A DNA stretch of 64,000 nt from Neoechinorhynchus agilis (GCA_051530055.1 CM121341.1:2198638-2262637), one strand, 5' to 3'. Positions 22,700 to 36,580 are shown, counted from the first letter of the stretch. The notes: generated from the sequence alone by a model not told the origin. Translations and numbers: made by a program.

Positions 22700-25346
22700 A
22701 AAATTTACCCGAATTCAGATAAGTTTAATATTTTAAAAGTTTCGATTAAATTTGGACGTTCCCTCTTCTCGATCTTGACCGTTGATGATTTCTTCGTTTA
22801 TCTCTTCCCTAACGGAGTTCTCCTTCTGAATTTTCCTTTAGCACTAGTTCATTTAATCATTGAATCATTCTAAGTGCTTTTTGGTCGAAGCAGTCCTTCT
22901 GGTCTACGAGCTCACCTTGCTACTTTTTTCACAAAATCGTCAAATCTGCAAAAAATTTTTCACTATACCCGAATCGCTGAATTGCTACCCAATCGTCCAT
23001 TGCACGAACCTTCTTGTCAAAAGATGTGTTTTATCTCTCTTCGGCTTACATCATCTCCAACAGAGTTCTCCTGAATTTCCCACTGGTTTTGACGATTCAT
23101 CTGTTGGAGACATCTAAGGTGAGAAATTAACACAAAGTGATAGTTACATCGTGCTTTTGGATGCGAGATTTTTAACGAAACGACCAAAAAATTGAAGTTA
23201 AAATTAGATTAAGGCCTCCAGCGATGAATAGTTCGTGATCTTAAACCTCAAAAAACAAAATTATAATAACACATTTTATTTTATTCAAAGTAGAGGAATC
23301 GTGTACCTTTGGGTCCCCGTGAACACTCAAACACCCATCAATAAAATATCATTGCCGACAAGTTGACGATTCCTGTAACGCTGTAGTAAAGTTTAGAGAT
23401 AACGGTCGAAGGGACTCCTAAATGGCGGAGTCGTTTTAGAAGATAAATTTTAACGGTATTGCGTCTGAGGGAAATTGTAATGTGCGAGTCCCATTTGACC
23501 CAGTCCTTTTAGTAAGTGACAGTATTTAAGGATTTGCAAATTCGATAGAGGAACGGTGCTATTTAGGTTGTGTGGTCAGGATAAAACAGTCTATTATCTA
23601 GCGAGAATATTCCTCATCTGATGAGCTCCATAGGGACCTATAAAAGGAAAGTATGGATTCCGAACGGCATCAATATTAATGACTGTTCGAATGTTTAAGA
23701 TCAAGTTTCCTGGAATGATTTGTTGTTTTATTTTGCTCAGCAGTTAAGATTCGTATATTGACCTACTCATTGAATTCCCATGATGATTTTGACTTATGGT
23801 CTAAAATAGGTAGTAGTTTATTTCGTATTATAGATTTTAGTTTCTTATTGATATAGCTACTACCGGCCACATCCATTACTTTCGTTTTGTTGGGTTTCAG
23901 ATGAAGACCCATCATTGAAGATTGCCTAATGATAAAACGTATGAGTTCTTTTCATAAAACTGTAATTTCCCATCCACTATTTGTAGAAAAAATAGCACGA
24001 ATATCATCTGCATAGATAACCGCTTTTGGGATAATGGAGACCCTTGAGGTGGACCTTTTTTCGGGTCAAATATTTTGTTCTCATCATCGCCCTCGAAATA
24101 AAATGACTTCGTTGTTAATACGTCCCTTACGCCAACCATAATTCCTTGGGGAAAGTTAAAAAGGGACATATAGTCAATTAAAAATTGAAGATCAGTGTTT
24201 TTGTTATCTACAGAAAAATCAAAAGAAATAAGACATTTATATTTAAAATTATTGTAAACTAAGGCATTATAAATATATTTGGTAGCCGATAAAACAGACC
24301 TACCTTTGAAAAAACCGTGGCAATTATAATCAATGATATCTTTCTTTACGCAGAATTCCATCAGTCGATTAGCAATAACCTTTTCATGCAGAGATATTAA
24401 CAAATTTTGGATCGAGATAAGTCTAAGATCTGACACAGAGTTTACACCTATTTTCTTCGCTTTCACCGGCCTGATTGTGCGTAGGAGATTAATATGCACC
24501 CAGTCTTCCCTGAATGCTCTTAGAATACAATTAGAAGTCTGATAGAAGGTTCCACAAACCATAGACTAAAAGTTGTTAGAAAATAACTTTATCATGTTAT
24601 ACCAAGACTTCAAAATATCCTCAGGGTGTAGGTGTCCTTCGTTCAGTGGTTACAACATTGATGGAGTTAGTCAAACCATCAGAAGTTAGCTTCCGAATTA
24701 TTTCCTCCAAGACTAGATTGGAAGACGAGGACCTAAACTTCCATTTAATAAACTTTGTTCTCTTCAGAATGCACCAGAAGGATTTCATTGAAGGTGAGAG
24801 ATTCAGTATTACTTTACGATGAAATGCCAAATATAGGTTGTAATTGCCGGTGCAATATTTATCAGCTCATGGCCTCTTCATATAAACTTCCTGTTGTAAG
24901 TTGGTGTTTCGGATTTGAGACGCACAATTCCTAATATAGTTTATGGAAATTTCCCCGGACGTGAATAATTCGGAACAGAGAGAAACGTATTTGGGATTAT
25001 AAAAAGTCAAGAATTTCAGTCCTATAAGCTCCGATACTAGTGTAGTGAACACCAGGGAAAACGGAATTTACGAGATAAGGGCGAGTCATTTGAAATACAC
25101 CATGTTATCATATCCACTAATGCAAAATGCTTGACAATACAAAGATTATCTTGCCGGTTGGCGGGAACCAAACATCCGTCCAACTATAAAATGTACATTA
25201 TTTGAAATGCAATGAAAAGTAGGTTGAGTAAGGGATACAAACATGTGAGTGTAATCTATATTAGCAACGACTTTTGTCCATTTTCCGGAGGGATCATTGA
25301 AATCCCCCAATAAAAAGATATCGTCCAAACTTAAAAAGTTGCTCAA
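22700..25346 (-). mobile_element. Ancient APE-RT non-LTR retrotransposon remnant
   Basis: LLGDFND (APE) near 25300 and an RT-like ORF at 23912-24562 (LRLISIQ..LHEKVIANRL..HGFFKGRS..GPPQGSPLS) with degenerate motifs. The left boundary is approximate. Confidence 0.65.
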
Positions 25347-26840
25347 AATGAGCCTGAAGTCACTTCCATTCTGGACTCATCAATATTGCGTTTGGTTCGC
25401 CCAGACCGAAGCTAAATTCACTCTCCGGAATATCACAGTGGATTTCTTCGAAACTCCACCTCGACAAGACAAATACGAAGCGCTGAAGAGTCGCCCCTTG
25501 GATATATTCTCGATGAGCACGAACGTGCAAGTGGCATCGTCCGCATAGGGGAACTCAAGGACTCCAAGTCATCGGAGTTGGTGGACAGGATGCTCAGCTA
25601 CCTCGCCCTCCTGAGATCGATCAGAGTTCCAAAACATGGAATCGCGTTGAATAGTTCGACAGTCGTACAGTCGGTCAGCGTCTCCTCTTCATGTTGTTCA
25701 GAAATAAGATGGCAGATGGAGGCCGTGCGGTGATTATCGTCGCTTGAACGAAACCACGATTCCCGACAGGTATCCAGTCCCTCACATTCAGGACTTCCTC
25801 GAAGGTCGATGTGGTTCGTGGCTCCTAAGCCACCTATCATAACGCCTTCCGGTTTATTTGGGTTTGTACGAATGCCCATCTGCCTCAAAAATGTCGCACA
25901 AAACATCCAAGGGCTAGTAGATGATGTCTGCTCCGGCCTCGTCTTTGTCTAATTCGAAGATATCCTCGTCGCAAGTCACAACGAGTCCGACCATCTCCGG
26001 GATACCTGAGCAAAAGTACAGCACATTTGATCGAGAACTGCTATAGATTTATCTTGCGATCAGACATTTTCGCTATGCTGTGGAAGGACGACCGTTAGCA
26101 GTATTCATTGATCACCAGCCACTGATTTTCGCGATAACCAGAGTCACGGATCCTTGATTAGCCCGACAACAAAGGCATTTAAGCCTTATCTCGGAGTTTA
26201 CCACGAACATTGAGCATGTAAGTGGACGGAGCATTCAAATGGCCAATGCACTTCCAAGGGCAATACTGGCTAGCGTTGCCGAGGGCATCTTTTTTGAGGT
26301 GATGTCTCGATCACAGCAACAAGATCCGGAAACAGAGGCCTTATGATCATCTTAAAAACAGGATTGTGTCTCATATATGTTCCAATCGGTCGTGGAGAAT
26401 CAATGTTTCTGTATGATGTTTCCAAAGGACGACAAAGTCCGTGGTGTCGCCGTGTTTTTGATGCAGTTCACGAACTATCCCACCCAGGCATAAAGCTACC
26501 CGCCAGTTGGTCGAAAACAAATTCGAGTGGCACAATCTCGCGAAAGATGTGATCGATTAGGCTAAAACATGTATCTTCGGCTAGAAAGTTAAGTTCGAGC
26601 GCCACATTAAAGAAGTTCCACTTGAGAAGTTCGATGTATCGCCCGAATAATTCGACCACATAATCGTGAACATTGTAGGCCATCTTCTACCGTCTCTAGG
26701 GATCACTCACCTGCTAACGGCAATGGAACGATTCACACGGTGGCCAGAAGCTATCCCTCTCGTAAAGACCGACTCGCTTTCATGCTCTAGAACTTTAATC
26801 TCTCCCGTTTTGACATCACGAGATAAACAGCCTCGGACCG
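25340..26840 (+). mobile_element. Degenerate Gypsy/Ty3 LTR retrotransposon internal region
   Basis: gag-like PFWTHQYCVWFAQTEAKF, RT-like FEDILVAS, RNase H FDRELL..IRHFRYAVEGRP..DHQPL, and integrase VHELSHPG / RFTRWPEAIPL, with many stops. Confidence 0.85.
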
Positions 26841-26851
26841 TGGAACCCAAT

Positions 26852-27052
26852 TCACTTCTCAACTATGGGCTGATTTGTCGGAGCGATAATCAGTCTTAAA
26901 CGTCCATTCGCCTTAAGCACAACTACTAATGGAGCATTCCACTCGATGTTGTCTTCTGTTTTTACTGGAGTGATGATCCCTTGCTCCAATAATCGTTCAA
27001 TTTCACTTTCGTCTAGCTGACCACTTTCTGGGCTCCGCTTCCGCTCTAACAT
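26852..27052 (-). mobile_element. Gypsy RT N-terminal fragment in opposite orientation
   Basis: EIERLLEQGIITPV..EWNAPLVVVLKANGRLRL. Confidence 0.75.
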
Positions 27053-27113
27053 TCAAACAAACTTCCACATCTTAATCGCACCTCCATCCATCTTAAATAC
27101 TCGCGAATATTCG

Positions 27114-28581
27114 GCTAGCCGAGCAAAATCTTTTATACGCCTCATGCGCGATTCCACAGTTTGAACAAATGGGTAAATACGAGATATTGGAGCAGAAATT
27201 TTTGGAATGAGAAACGAAGAAGTCTTTGAAGTTTGAACTGTTCATATTGGTTGTTTTGTGGCGAAGAAAAGTTCGAACTCACATATTTAAAAACTAACAA
27301 GCAACCTTGATAAAGGCACGAGGTGGCGTGGACTTTAAAAAAACAAAGCAAATAGCGGCAAATCTCATTTAGAAAGATATTTAATTGGAGTGAAATCGTG
27401 CTCCTTTTTTATTCCAAGAATGTCATTCCTGAATCGCAAATGTCAACAATGAGTTTATGTAAACAAACCACAAACGTAAACAGTAATTCCGCTGAAGACG
27501 TCAATATTGTTCAAGTGTTTAATAACATTTCGAAATCGCTTGCGCATCCCGTAAAGTAGGTAAGTTCGAGCTGTACCTCCATTTTAGGGTATCCTTTCAA
27601 CCTTCACTCCGATGAAGTTTATCAGCGCCGTACTACTGATCTGTAGCTTTGCAACTTTTTCGGCCAAAAACCGATGCTACGCCTCGATTCCAATCAGCAG
27701 TACTGAAAAAATGGATGGAGACATCGTTATTGAGAAAGAGATTCAACGAATGGATACCACCACCCCAGATGAAACTAAAGGAGAAACCGATGCCGTCGCC
27801 GAGGACACCAAAGAGGACGTCAAGTCCGAATCTGGGAGCGAAATGGAAACAATCGAATCAACCGAACTCAAGTCTCAGAACGAAGGAGAAAAGGATGCCG
27901 TCGCCGAGGACACCAAAGAGGACGTCAAGTCCGAATCTGTCAAGTCTCAGAACGAAGGAGAAAAGGATGCCGTCGCCGAGGACACCAAAGGGGATGTCAA
28001 GCCCGAGTCTATGAGCGAAACGGCCGCGATCGAGTCAACGGAACTTCCAACTAAAATTCATGTCGTTGAAAAAGAAAGTAACGCCACATCACCAAAACTT
28101 GGTAAATATCTGCCTCTCACATTAGAAACAATCGAAATCGTTGATAAAAAAGAAACGACTGCTGTCTCCGAACCGTCCAGCAACTCCAAAGTTGACTCTT
28201 CAGAAACTACAACACTGATAGGCAGTACAAAGATATTAAAGGATGCGAAAGGAAATGCGCAAAAGACTCCTCTTAATAATCGAAGATATCGGAACAATTA
28301 CAGGAAAATTTATCGATCTCATAAATATTGGAAAAATTCACACAATTGCATAATGTCGAATATAGATTCAATATTGCATCAAAGAGATTGGATGCGATTT
28401 AACGCGATGAGACCTTGGCTCCAGTAATTTTAGATTCATTAGCTGGTATGATTTGGAATAGTTTTGACACCAATAAAATTTCGTTAGTTTTCCTTGCTGC
28501 ATACTAATCAAAGTGTCTATAGAATTTCATTAAAACAAATTTCTTTGTCCTAGGCAACTTTTGCGATATACAAATCAAAGT
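27114..28581 (+). repeat. Right arm of the inverted segmental duplication
   Basis: Reverse complement of 20981-22519 apart from a 72-nt repeat-unit difference and a few substitutions. Confidence 0.95.
27612..28427 (+). CDS. Orphan secreted protein with acidic tandem repeats, copy 2 (271 aa)
   Basis: Same protein as 21135-22022 with one 24-aa repeat fewer and a few substitutions (V>I, G>R, I>M). Confidence 0.75.
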   Translation: MKFISAVLLICSFATFSAKNRCYASIPISSTEKMDGDIVIEKEIQRMDTTTPDETKGETDAVAEDTKEDVKSESGSEMETIESTELKSQNEGEKDAVAEDTKEDVKSESVKSQNEGEKDAVAEDTKGDVKPESMSETAAIESTELPTKIHVVEKESNATSPKLGKYLPLTLETIEIVDKKETTAVSEPSSNSKVDSSETTTLIGSTKILKDAKGNAQKTPLNNRRYRNNYRKIYRSHKYWKNSHNCIMSNIDSILHQRDWMRFNAMRPWLQ

Positions 28582-29641
28582 GGTCGATCAATATATTTAA
28601 TGTTTTTGATTATTATCTTCGGGGAAAAGAGACTGTCTTTGGGTAGCTTTTACACTCCCCGACATTAAAAGAACTTGATAAATCGATGGAGCATTTGCGG
28701 TGTATAGCAATACGTGCTAAAATTTTCTTTATGATAATTTTGTTTATTTGTTTAAATATAATATAGTAACCTCAAGACTCTTTATCGCCTCTAAATCTTC
28801 TGAGTGCCTTTATCGATTCGCTAATGATGGTATTGATTTAACAGTATCTTTATTCTGGCAGTAATTCAATCTTTTAGTGAAGAACTCAGTCTCGAGCGCG
28901 CCCTTTTCTCGTTACGGTCAGATCGCAGGTCGGTCTAAAAGTCTGCGAACTATTGGTGGAGTTTCAAGGAATCAATAAAAAAATAGAATTCCATCAATCG
29001 GGGTATTTATATCCAATCAATCCTTTTATCGTTGGATCAGGAGCTGCTTTCAAGTGGTTTCGCTGTTTTTTTATTGGTCATCAATCTTCTTTTGATATCC
29101 AGCAAAATCTTTTCATTAATTTCGAAGGTCAATGTGGCCATTTGGTAATAAAAACATTAGAATGGAAGTCGTATTTCGATAAATTTCTAAATTTTAATAC
29201 TTAAAAAAGTAATCATACCAAAGAGTGGGAGAAAGATGATTTCATCTTAAAGGGATACTCTCTTCATAACTATCAAGAACTCCATTATTTCGATTTAGCG
29301 GCATCAGAAATGAAAATACGACTTCGAGGGCCCTCCGAGGCTACGGTTCCCGGACATTGCTGTTTGGACTCCAGGACATTCACGGGCAAAAGAGGCACTG
29401 ATGGAAGTCTCAAAAGAGGTGATTCGGAATCAAAAAACGCAACATCGCCGTATCGATCGAAAAGAAGACTAATTTTACCCGTCGAGGTATTTAAGCGATC
29501 ACTTGTTTTCCAAAAGAGTCTTGTGGATTATTATTCTATTTTTGAGTTTGTCAGTATTGTTGTCAAAACATTTTGGGTATAAAAGGAGGCGATACACCGT
29601 TCGAAAGTCAAACTTCTCCCTCTCTCCATCGAACCTTAAAA

Positions 29642-30250
29642 ATGATCGCTCTTCTCTTCTTGATTGCTTTCACTTCAGTTGATTGCCGTAGTAACCGTCA
29701 AGAAATCGAGATTTCAAACGAAGATGGAAACCGAATTGCTGATGAGAAAAGCCATGGACGAAACTTGACTTCGCCTGAGTCCGCTGTTAATGGTGTTCTA
29801 AATGTGCTGGTCGGCGACGAAAACCGGACGCTCATTGGAAATGGCCGTTTGAGGATTAACACCAAACGAAATGCACTTAAAGAAATAAATGGAAAACCGA
29901 TTGTAGTGGTCTTTCACGAAGACAAAACTTTGGATGGTATTGAGGAACAAGGAAAAATATTTGAGGAGATGAAGAATATCACCCAACAGGAAAAATATAA
30001 TGGATCAATTCTTTTAGTGAAATTCCAGGATTTATGCGAGAATTTTTTGGGAGTGTATATGCTATCGAGCATGAGTTCAGGATCACTAACTATATTGGCA
30101 ACCAATGAACAATATGAGGTTACGAGACATAACATTGAGCCATACAATAAGGAAGAGTTCCTGGAAAAGCTTAAGGAGTTTTACGAGGAATATGCTAAGG
30201 GAAATTTTACAGACAAGTGGGAATGTAATTGGGGAGTGCTATTGCAATGA
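29642..30250 (+). CDS. Secreted protein, possibly with a non-catalytic thioredoxin/PDI b'-like domain
   Basis: Signal peptide MIALLFLIAFTSVDC. PIVVVFH and EEFLEKLKEFYEEYAKG resemble PDI b' domain ends; there is no CxxC. The family call is weak. Confidence 0.45.
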   Translation: MIALLFLIAFTSVDCRSNRQEIEISNEDGNRIADEKSHGRNLTSPESAVNGVLNVLVGDENRTLIGNGRLRINTKRNALKEINGKPIVVVFHEDKTLDGIEEQGKIFEEMKNITQQEKYNGSILLVKFQDLCENFLGVYMLSSMSSGSLTILATNEQYEVTRHNIEPYNKEEFLEKLKEFYEEYAKGNFTDKWECNWGVLLQ

Positions 30251-30816
30251 TTAATAAATAAATATTCGTAATTTCGATAGAAATTTAAGAAATTGGAAAA
30301 AAACTCGTTGCACGGTTAAATCAACAAACTTGAAATTTTGTTGAAAGTAAGGAAAATGTTTATGGTTCGAGATTTTTCCTATTACCAGTTTTAAAAGGAT
30401 TTTATCTTCTATTTTTGGTACAAGAAAACCCCGTTGAAACCACAAACTATTTCCGATCCCCTGCAACGACAGCGAGATGGCCAACGTAGGTGAAACATTG
30501 AGCTGTTCAAAATAGTCTCCGTGAACAAAAATGCGAGTTATCACCATGATTACCGAATGACACACTCAATTGGGTTCGATAAAAACCGAAGTTCTTTCCA
30601 ATAACCGATATCTACTTTGGACGACTTTATCCGAATGATTGTTATTCCATTGTTGATCCAATTCTTAAAGTCATACGACGCAGTCAATACTGTCGGTTCC
30701 GTTCGATTCCGAACAGAATCTAATCGATCGGACTTGGCCGTCGTGTATCTCGTTAAGGTTAGCCCGTGGCTTTCAGTCTTTTCTGGGCGAAAATTACACT
30801 TTGGATTTAAAATTTT

Positions 30817-31035
30817 ATGGAGGCTCTTAATCTTTGGTTTGAATATTCCGGTAGCGTTACTACGAATCAAACACGCCAACAGCTCGATCTTAAGCTTTTT
30901 TTAAATATGAGAGGAAATACAAGAGCTGGTGCCTTCCTGCGCCAAAACATTGGTCTCGCGGCGATCCAAAGAGCAGCGAATGTGGTCGCGACCACTGAAG
31001 AGACAGCGATGCCTCTTCTTCTTGGACGATTCTGA
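30817..31035 (+). mobile_element. Internally deleted CRE fragment
   Basis: EALNLW..SGS fused to RAGAFLRQNIGLAAIQR; both segments are homologous to the CRE copies at 9700-10600 and 61790-62430. Confidence 0.6.
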
Positions 31036-31314
31036 TTTTTGGAACGTTTTTTCGTGTAAATGAAAGAGTTCCACAAAAATTCTTAAAGTCCTAAAAAATA
31101 ATATGAGAAACGAAGCATTTTTTGATTTACGCCATTGTGAGATGGCCAACGTAGGCAACAAAGACCGAATTTCTTTTCCAATAACTGAGATCACCACCGA
31201 GACGAAATTTTAATTGCTGCTCGAAAGCTATGGTCTCAATAAAAATCAAGAACAATTCGATCTTAAACTCTCCTTTTTTTTATTACCAAAACCATCGAAC
31301 AAACACTAAAATCG

Positions 31315-31566
31315 TCATCGTGGGCACCGTTTATAACGGCAGCCGTGGCACAGTTTAATTCGACCGCCAGTTGGCTTACACAGCGGCGATTGACATTGAG
31401 GGCACTTCACTATTGTCTGTGAGTGACTGAACACTGTCGTCATCCTCTGACACTGTCCACACTTTATAGCCATGAAATAGCTATTCGGTGACTGAACCAA
31501 TCGTTTCAGTTTGCATTTTCGTCTTTCTTCTTTAAGACTGGGATGAAGGAGATCGCGAGCGAGCAT
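31315..31566 (-). CDS. RPS27: 40S ribosomal protein S27
   Basis: [55 protein letters not shown]. The coding region is uninterrupted. Confidence 0.92.
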   Translation of the reverse strand: MLARDLLHPSLKEERRKCKLKRLVQSPNSYFMAIKCGQCQRMTTVFSHSQTIVKCPQCQSPLCKPTGGRIKLCHGCRYKRCPR

Positions 31567-34267
31567 CTGCGGCAATGGATTTTGAGTTGGGCGAAAAAAC
31601 AAGGGAAAAAGGAACGTTTACAATGCACGGAAGAATCAAGAGTGACGCGTCGATTTAATTCGAAAATGTATTTGGCAAAAATTAATCTAGAATTTTTTGC
31701 GGGGTTTTCTTTAATTTTTCGTTTGCCTACTGAACATTATCAGTTATTTTTACATTAATTTTTTTGAGATAATGAATACGTCCATAGAGATTAAGACTCG
31801 TAGAAATTCAGACAAAAGAATGGCGGGATTTGCTGATTGTGAGATTGTGCGCGAATCTTTTTTTATTGAAACAATTATTTTTTTGTCGCTTTTATTAAAT
31901 AGCAAATTTATAAACATCCACGTCTTCCCAATGACTTTTAAAAGAAGGTTTTTGCTCAAAAAATTCTAGTCAAAGAGCGTCGGTCTGAAAAGTCGTTGAA
32001 CATCGCCGATGTTAAGAACTTTTATTTTAAAACGACGATAGCTCGTAATTATTGACGACCAGACGATGTTTAAGTTTAAAAACGATCCTTTGTGAGATTT
32101 TGCTCGGCTAAAGACTCTTTAATAAAAGCTCTTTGTTCTCCAAACTCATTTTTGTACTTATTGTCGTCTTTTTTTTAATGGAAAAATGCGGTGATTGCCA
32201 ATTAATTTGCACGAAAAAATAATTGAAACGGATAAATAACACGGTATACAAAGTCGATTAAATTATTTTTGATTTGTGTATTGTTCGCTTAGAAATTGTG
32301 GTCGGAGTGAATTTAATTCGAGTTTGGCGATGTTTTTCACTTCCGAAAATTCTTGACAAAACCAAAACGGCGAATGCTTATAGTCCAATTTTGACTTTGG
32401 CTTAATTTGTAGATAGAACTGAAGAGGTAAGCAAAAAGCTTACGAAATATTTTAAAGTAAATGATCAACAATAATCCAGGGGAAATAGGTCGTCAAATTC
32501 GAATAAATTATTTTATCTTTTGTCTGGGCAGCTGGGTACATTTTTTTCTAAGTTTTTAAAAGAAAATCCCTTACACTGCTGATAATTTTTTCCTTTGGCA
32601 CACAGCCCACCAATATAAGCCAGGGAAATGATTTAATTGCTTATGAACCGTGTAAGGTATAATCACTTCAACAGCTAAAAAATAAATTATGGCAGCGAAT
32701 AATATTTGAATATAAAGAATGAAGATCAAATCGTTGTATAGAACATTTAACTTTACGTTGCATCCTGAACTCATTCGTGCATTTTTTTATTAATCAAACG
32801 TGAAATGATGACCTTTTCGTTTTAAAGTGATCTTTATTTAATCGAAGAATTTCTCATAACCGTAAAAGTTTAAAAATTTCATCATATTCTGATTGAGTTT
32901 TAAAATATTTTTTTATTAAGAAAACGTTTTTTCTCAATTATGCACTCGTCTGAAAATTATATTGTTTGACCTTTTAGAAACGAAGGAGAATATTCGGGAT
33001 CGTGTCAATTTAAACATCGAATATTTTAAATGCAGCAATGAAAACATTTCTACATGACGGTATCAATATTCTTTTTAATTATGCGAATACTTGGCGCTGT
33101 TGATAAAAATTCTCGGATTTAACCAATACTTTTACTAGAAAAAAGTAGCATTAGATTTATGTTGGCCGCTTATTCTCGTTATCGAAAGCTTGGGGTGTTA
33201 AAAGGCACGGCACGCATTTTAGTCCCGGAAATTACCGCCTCTAACGAGAATTATCCATATCGAATTGTCACGCCCAACGCTGATTGAGCACTCTGCATGG
33301 TTTAGTTAGTTCTATATTATTTTTCGACAGGAGTTGGAAAAATTCATAGTTTTATCATCGTTAATGATCTACTGGTCATTTTAAGGTATAAAGTAGCCAA
33401 TAGATTTATTCTCTCTTTTAAAATCATCGGATTTAAATTGAATTTGAATCAAAAGGAATTCTGTAAAATTTGTGCTTAGGCGAGCAAAATTATGAATTTT
33501 TGTTCAAAAATATAAAACGTACTCATGTGAAAATTCAATCAATTTTCTTAACTATTTCTGCGATTTGGTTGGTCTAGAGAAGAAAAGTCGTATAGAATTT
33601 TATTGGCGGCCTTTGAGCAAAGTTAATTAAACGCGAAATTCTACTCAATGGAAAAATAATTTCTTTTCGTAGTTTTGCAACCCCAGATTTAAAATTTAAA
33701 AAATCTAATCTTATTAAATTTTTTCGTCATCTTAATAATCTTGAGAATAATTTTGGCTACATTTTTTGTTTTCGAGAAATGTTCATCTGATTTTCTCCAA
33801 TTTTTTCGTCATCTAAATAATCTTGAGAAAAATTTTGGCTACATTTTTAATTACCTTATTTAAGTGGAACTCGAAAACGCGGATTTCAACTAAAACTAAA
33901 GGTTATGAGCTCGAAATCTTTATCTGATTTTCTAGAATATTAATGTCATTTATTAAGGAATGATAGTTGAAAAGTACTTTAAGTATTAACGTAAGTAGAC
34001 GAATGGCTCTTGGACCAATGCCTTATTGCTTTCGAGAACTCAAATTGTCCCAAATGCCTTGGGTGACACTTAAGTGCTTCCCAAAGATTGTTTCAAAACA
34101 TTATCGAGGCAATTTCGAAGAAATTTACACTCAATGCAGCGGTCATGATTTGCATGTCAATTTCCTGAGTATCTATAATTTGGCGAGATTATCGGCACTT
34201 TCCTTCTCTTGATTAATTTAAATAATTATAGACTGCACAATCTGCAACAGATCACAAATACGGTTCT

Positions 34268-36580
34268 ATGAAATATTCTTTATCTCAATTAGGACTTTTA
34301 TTTATGCACGTATTTTTATTGGAATGCAGGGATTATGATGGATACATCAAGCAACTCGTGACTTCCTATATGACAGGTGAAGTGATCGAAATCGATGATG
34401 TTCGGAATCCTTTAGAAGGAATTAAGTGTTCTATATGCAAGCGATCGATAGACTTCATTCAAAAAACCGTCCGTCAAAATCGTGATTACCGTCTAGACGC
34501 TTATGCCAAACTTCTATGTGTGTTTTTATCAGTGAGCGATGTCTTCGATCCAATTTTGGCCAATGATTCTTCGGTTGTCGATATGTGGATTGATTTATGC
34601 GAACACGCTTATTATTCTTACAAACCTTTCGTAATGACCGTGCTGGAACAATCGAATTTAACGGGTAGTCAAATGTGCCAGATGATGAGTATTTGCGAAG
34701 GAACCGATCCATTGATCGATTGGACCATCCAAATCCCTCCTCCGTTGACAAAAGATAAGGATTTCAATCTAGTTTCAATGAAAAGTACTATTCCTGACCT
34801 CAAAATACTCCATTTGTCCGATATTCATGTTCAGATGAATTACGTTCCTCATAGTCAAGCAGTCTGTGGAAGACCTGTTTGCTGCATTGGACCAATAATC
34901 GGTTAGAACATTATAGTGTTTTAATAAAATCCTATTTTTTCAATTTTAGACGACGACAAAAGACAGGCCGGGTATTTTGGAGATCATCGAACATGCGATC
35001 TTCCGCCATGGACGCTTGACGGAATATTAGAACACATTTCAAAGAATGAAAGGGTTTGAATCATGTAGCTGTTCAAAGAAAACTCACTCGAAATACAGTT
35101 TGACATTATATATTGGACCGGTGATGCACCTTCACATCAAATATGGAACCAGAGTTTAGTGGATAATGTGAAAGACAATTTATACATTCTTAAACGGTTG
35201 AAAAAATATTTTCCCGACAAACCAGTATATTCTACTTTCGGCAATCATGAAAATTGGCCTTGTAATATGTTTCCACCATCTCGTTTAAATGATAGTCAAG
35301 GAGAATTTATGTTTCGGACGATTGCTGCAGAATGGCAAAAATTGGGACGATTACCTTCATCGGCAACAAAAACTATTGAAAAGTTAGCTTATTTTTTTGT
35401 TAAAATTGTAGCAAGTTTCTCGTTTTAGATCTGGAATTTATACGACTTTAATCAAACCTAAATTACGTTTGATATCGTTAAATACGAATTTTGCCGCACA
35501 GGAAAATTTCTGGCTTTACATTAATCCGCTTGATCCAAATAATCAACTTGATTGGTTGGTACAAGTGCTTAAGGTTGCAGAGATGAAGCAAGAGAAGGTA
35601 TTGTACCTTTTTTTGCCTTTAAAATAATTTTTGTAGGTTCACATTATTGGACACCATTTTCCCGCAAGGACATTGAGTGCTTGGAGCGAGAATTATTATA
35701 AAATTGTTAAGAGGCAAGTAAAGACAAAGTAATTCCATTATTAATTTTTTATTGCATAGATTTAATGATACAATAACATCACAATTTTTCGGACATGAGC
35801 ACCAAGATTACTTTACTCTTTTTCTAGATCAAAACGACCTTGAGCCGTTCTCTGTAGCCTATATGGCGCCAAGTTTGACAACATTTCCTCGCAATGATCC
35901 CGTCTATAAAATATTTTCGATCAATTTAAGTTCCACAGATTACGGAGTAAATTTTTCTTTTCTTTTATAAATTAATCAATTTTATTTAAAGGCGGTTTCA
36001 GATCAAAAATCAGTTTTTCTTGATATCAACCAATCGAACGCCAACCAAAACTTGAGATTTTTTGAAGAAATGAATTTTAAGGTAACATGTTTGCCCCTTC
36101 GATATGCAAATTAAATAACACTTGATTCAAAACGGCGACTATTGATCTTAGAAAACACTTGTTAACTTATTAGGATATCCCCTTAGGTCTTTGCAAACAA
36201 TCAGTATGGATCATTGGCACCCCGGGCCTTTATTGTTTCATCCGTCTGAAGGCGTTGATTGGCTATTTACGCCTTGTTGCACAAATTGAAAATAAATTTC
36301 GGTCTAAATAAAGTTATAAATTTAGAAAGAGATGAATCTCACCGACCTTAGTCTCAGTTCTTTGATTGATTTATTACTGAGATCGAGAATGAATAAATTC
36401 GTGAATGACGCAATGAACAAACTTATAAGGTAAGATTGCTCTATTTAAAAAAATCAAACCTTTCTTTTCAGACGCAGATATCACTCTGAGAAACAAACAA
36501 GGAACTGTGACTATTCATGCAGGAAGTCATTTGCGTGCTCTATGGTTTCATCCAAGCGTAATTGGACAGCCTGGTGTTGA
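34268..36580 (+). CDS. SMPD1: Acid sphingomyelinase-like phosphodiesterase with saposin-B domain, 9 exons
   Basis: Signal peptide, saposin-like Cys pattern, LHLSDIH, CGRPVCC, YWTGDAPSH, STFGNHE, HIIGH and FFGHEH. Exons join in frame across small canonical introns, one GC-AG intron and a roughly 247-nt GT-AG intron; stop at 36578-36580. Confidence 0.9.

Noticed and set aside
23614-23650. CTGATGAG hammerhead core
   Set aside because: There is no GAAA after a stem II, and it lies inside a decayed LINE.
23912-24562. Domesticated reverse-transcriptase gene
   Set aside because: The ORF ends before an intact YADD motif, conserved RT motifs are degraded and the flanks contain stops.
34455-34751. 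Antisense and alternative-frame ORFs overlapping real genes (also within ATP9, RBBP4, SoxB, FERM and the duplicated secreted gene)
   Set aside because: They are shadows of the true coding strand with no independent protein features.
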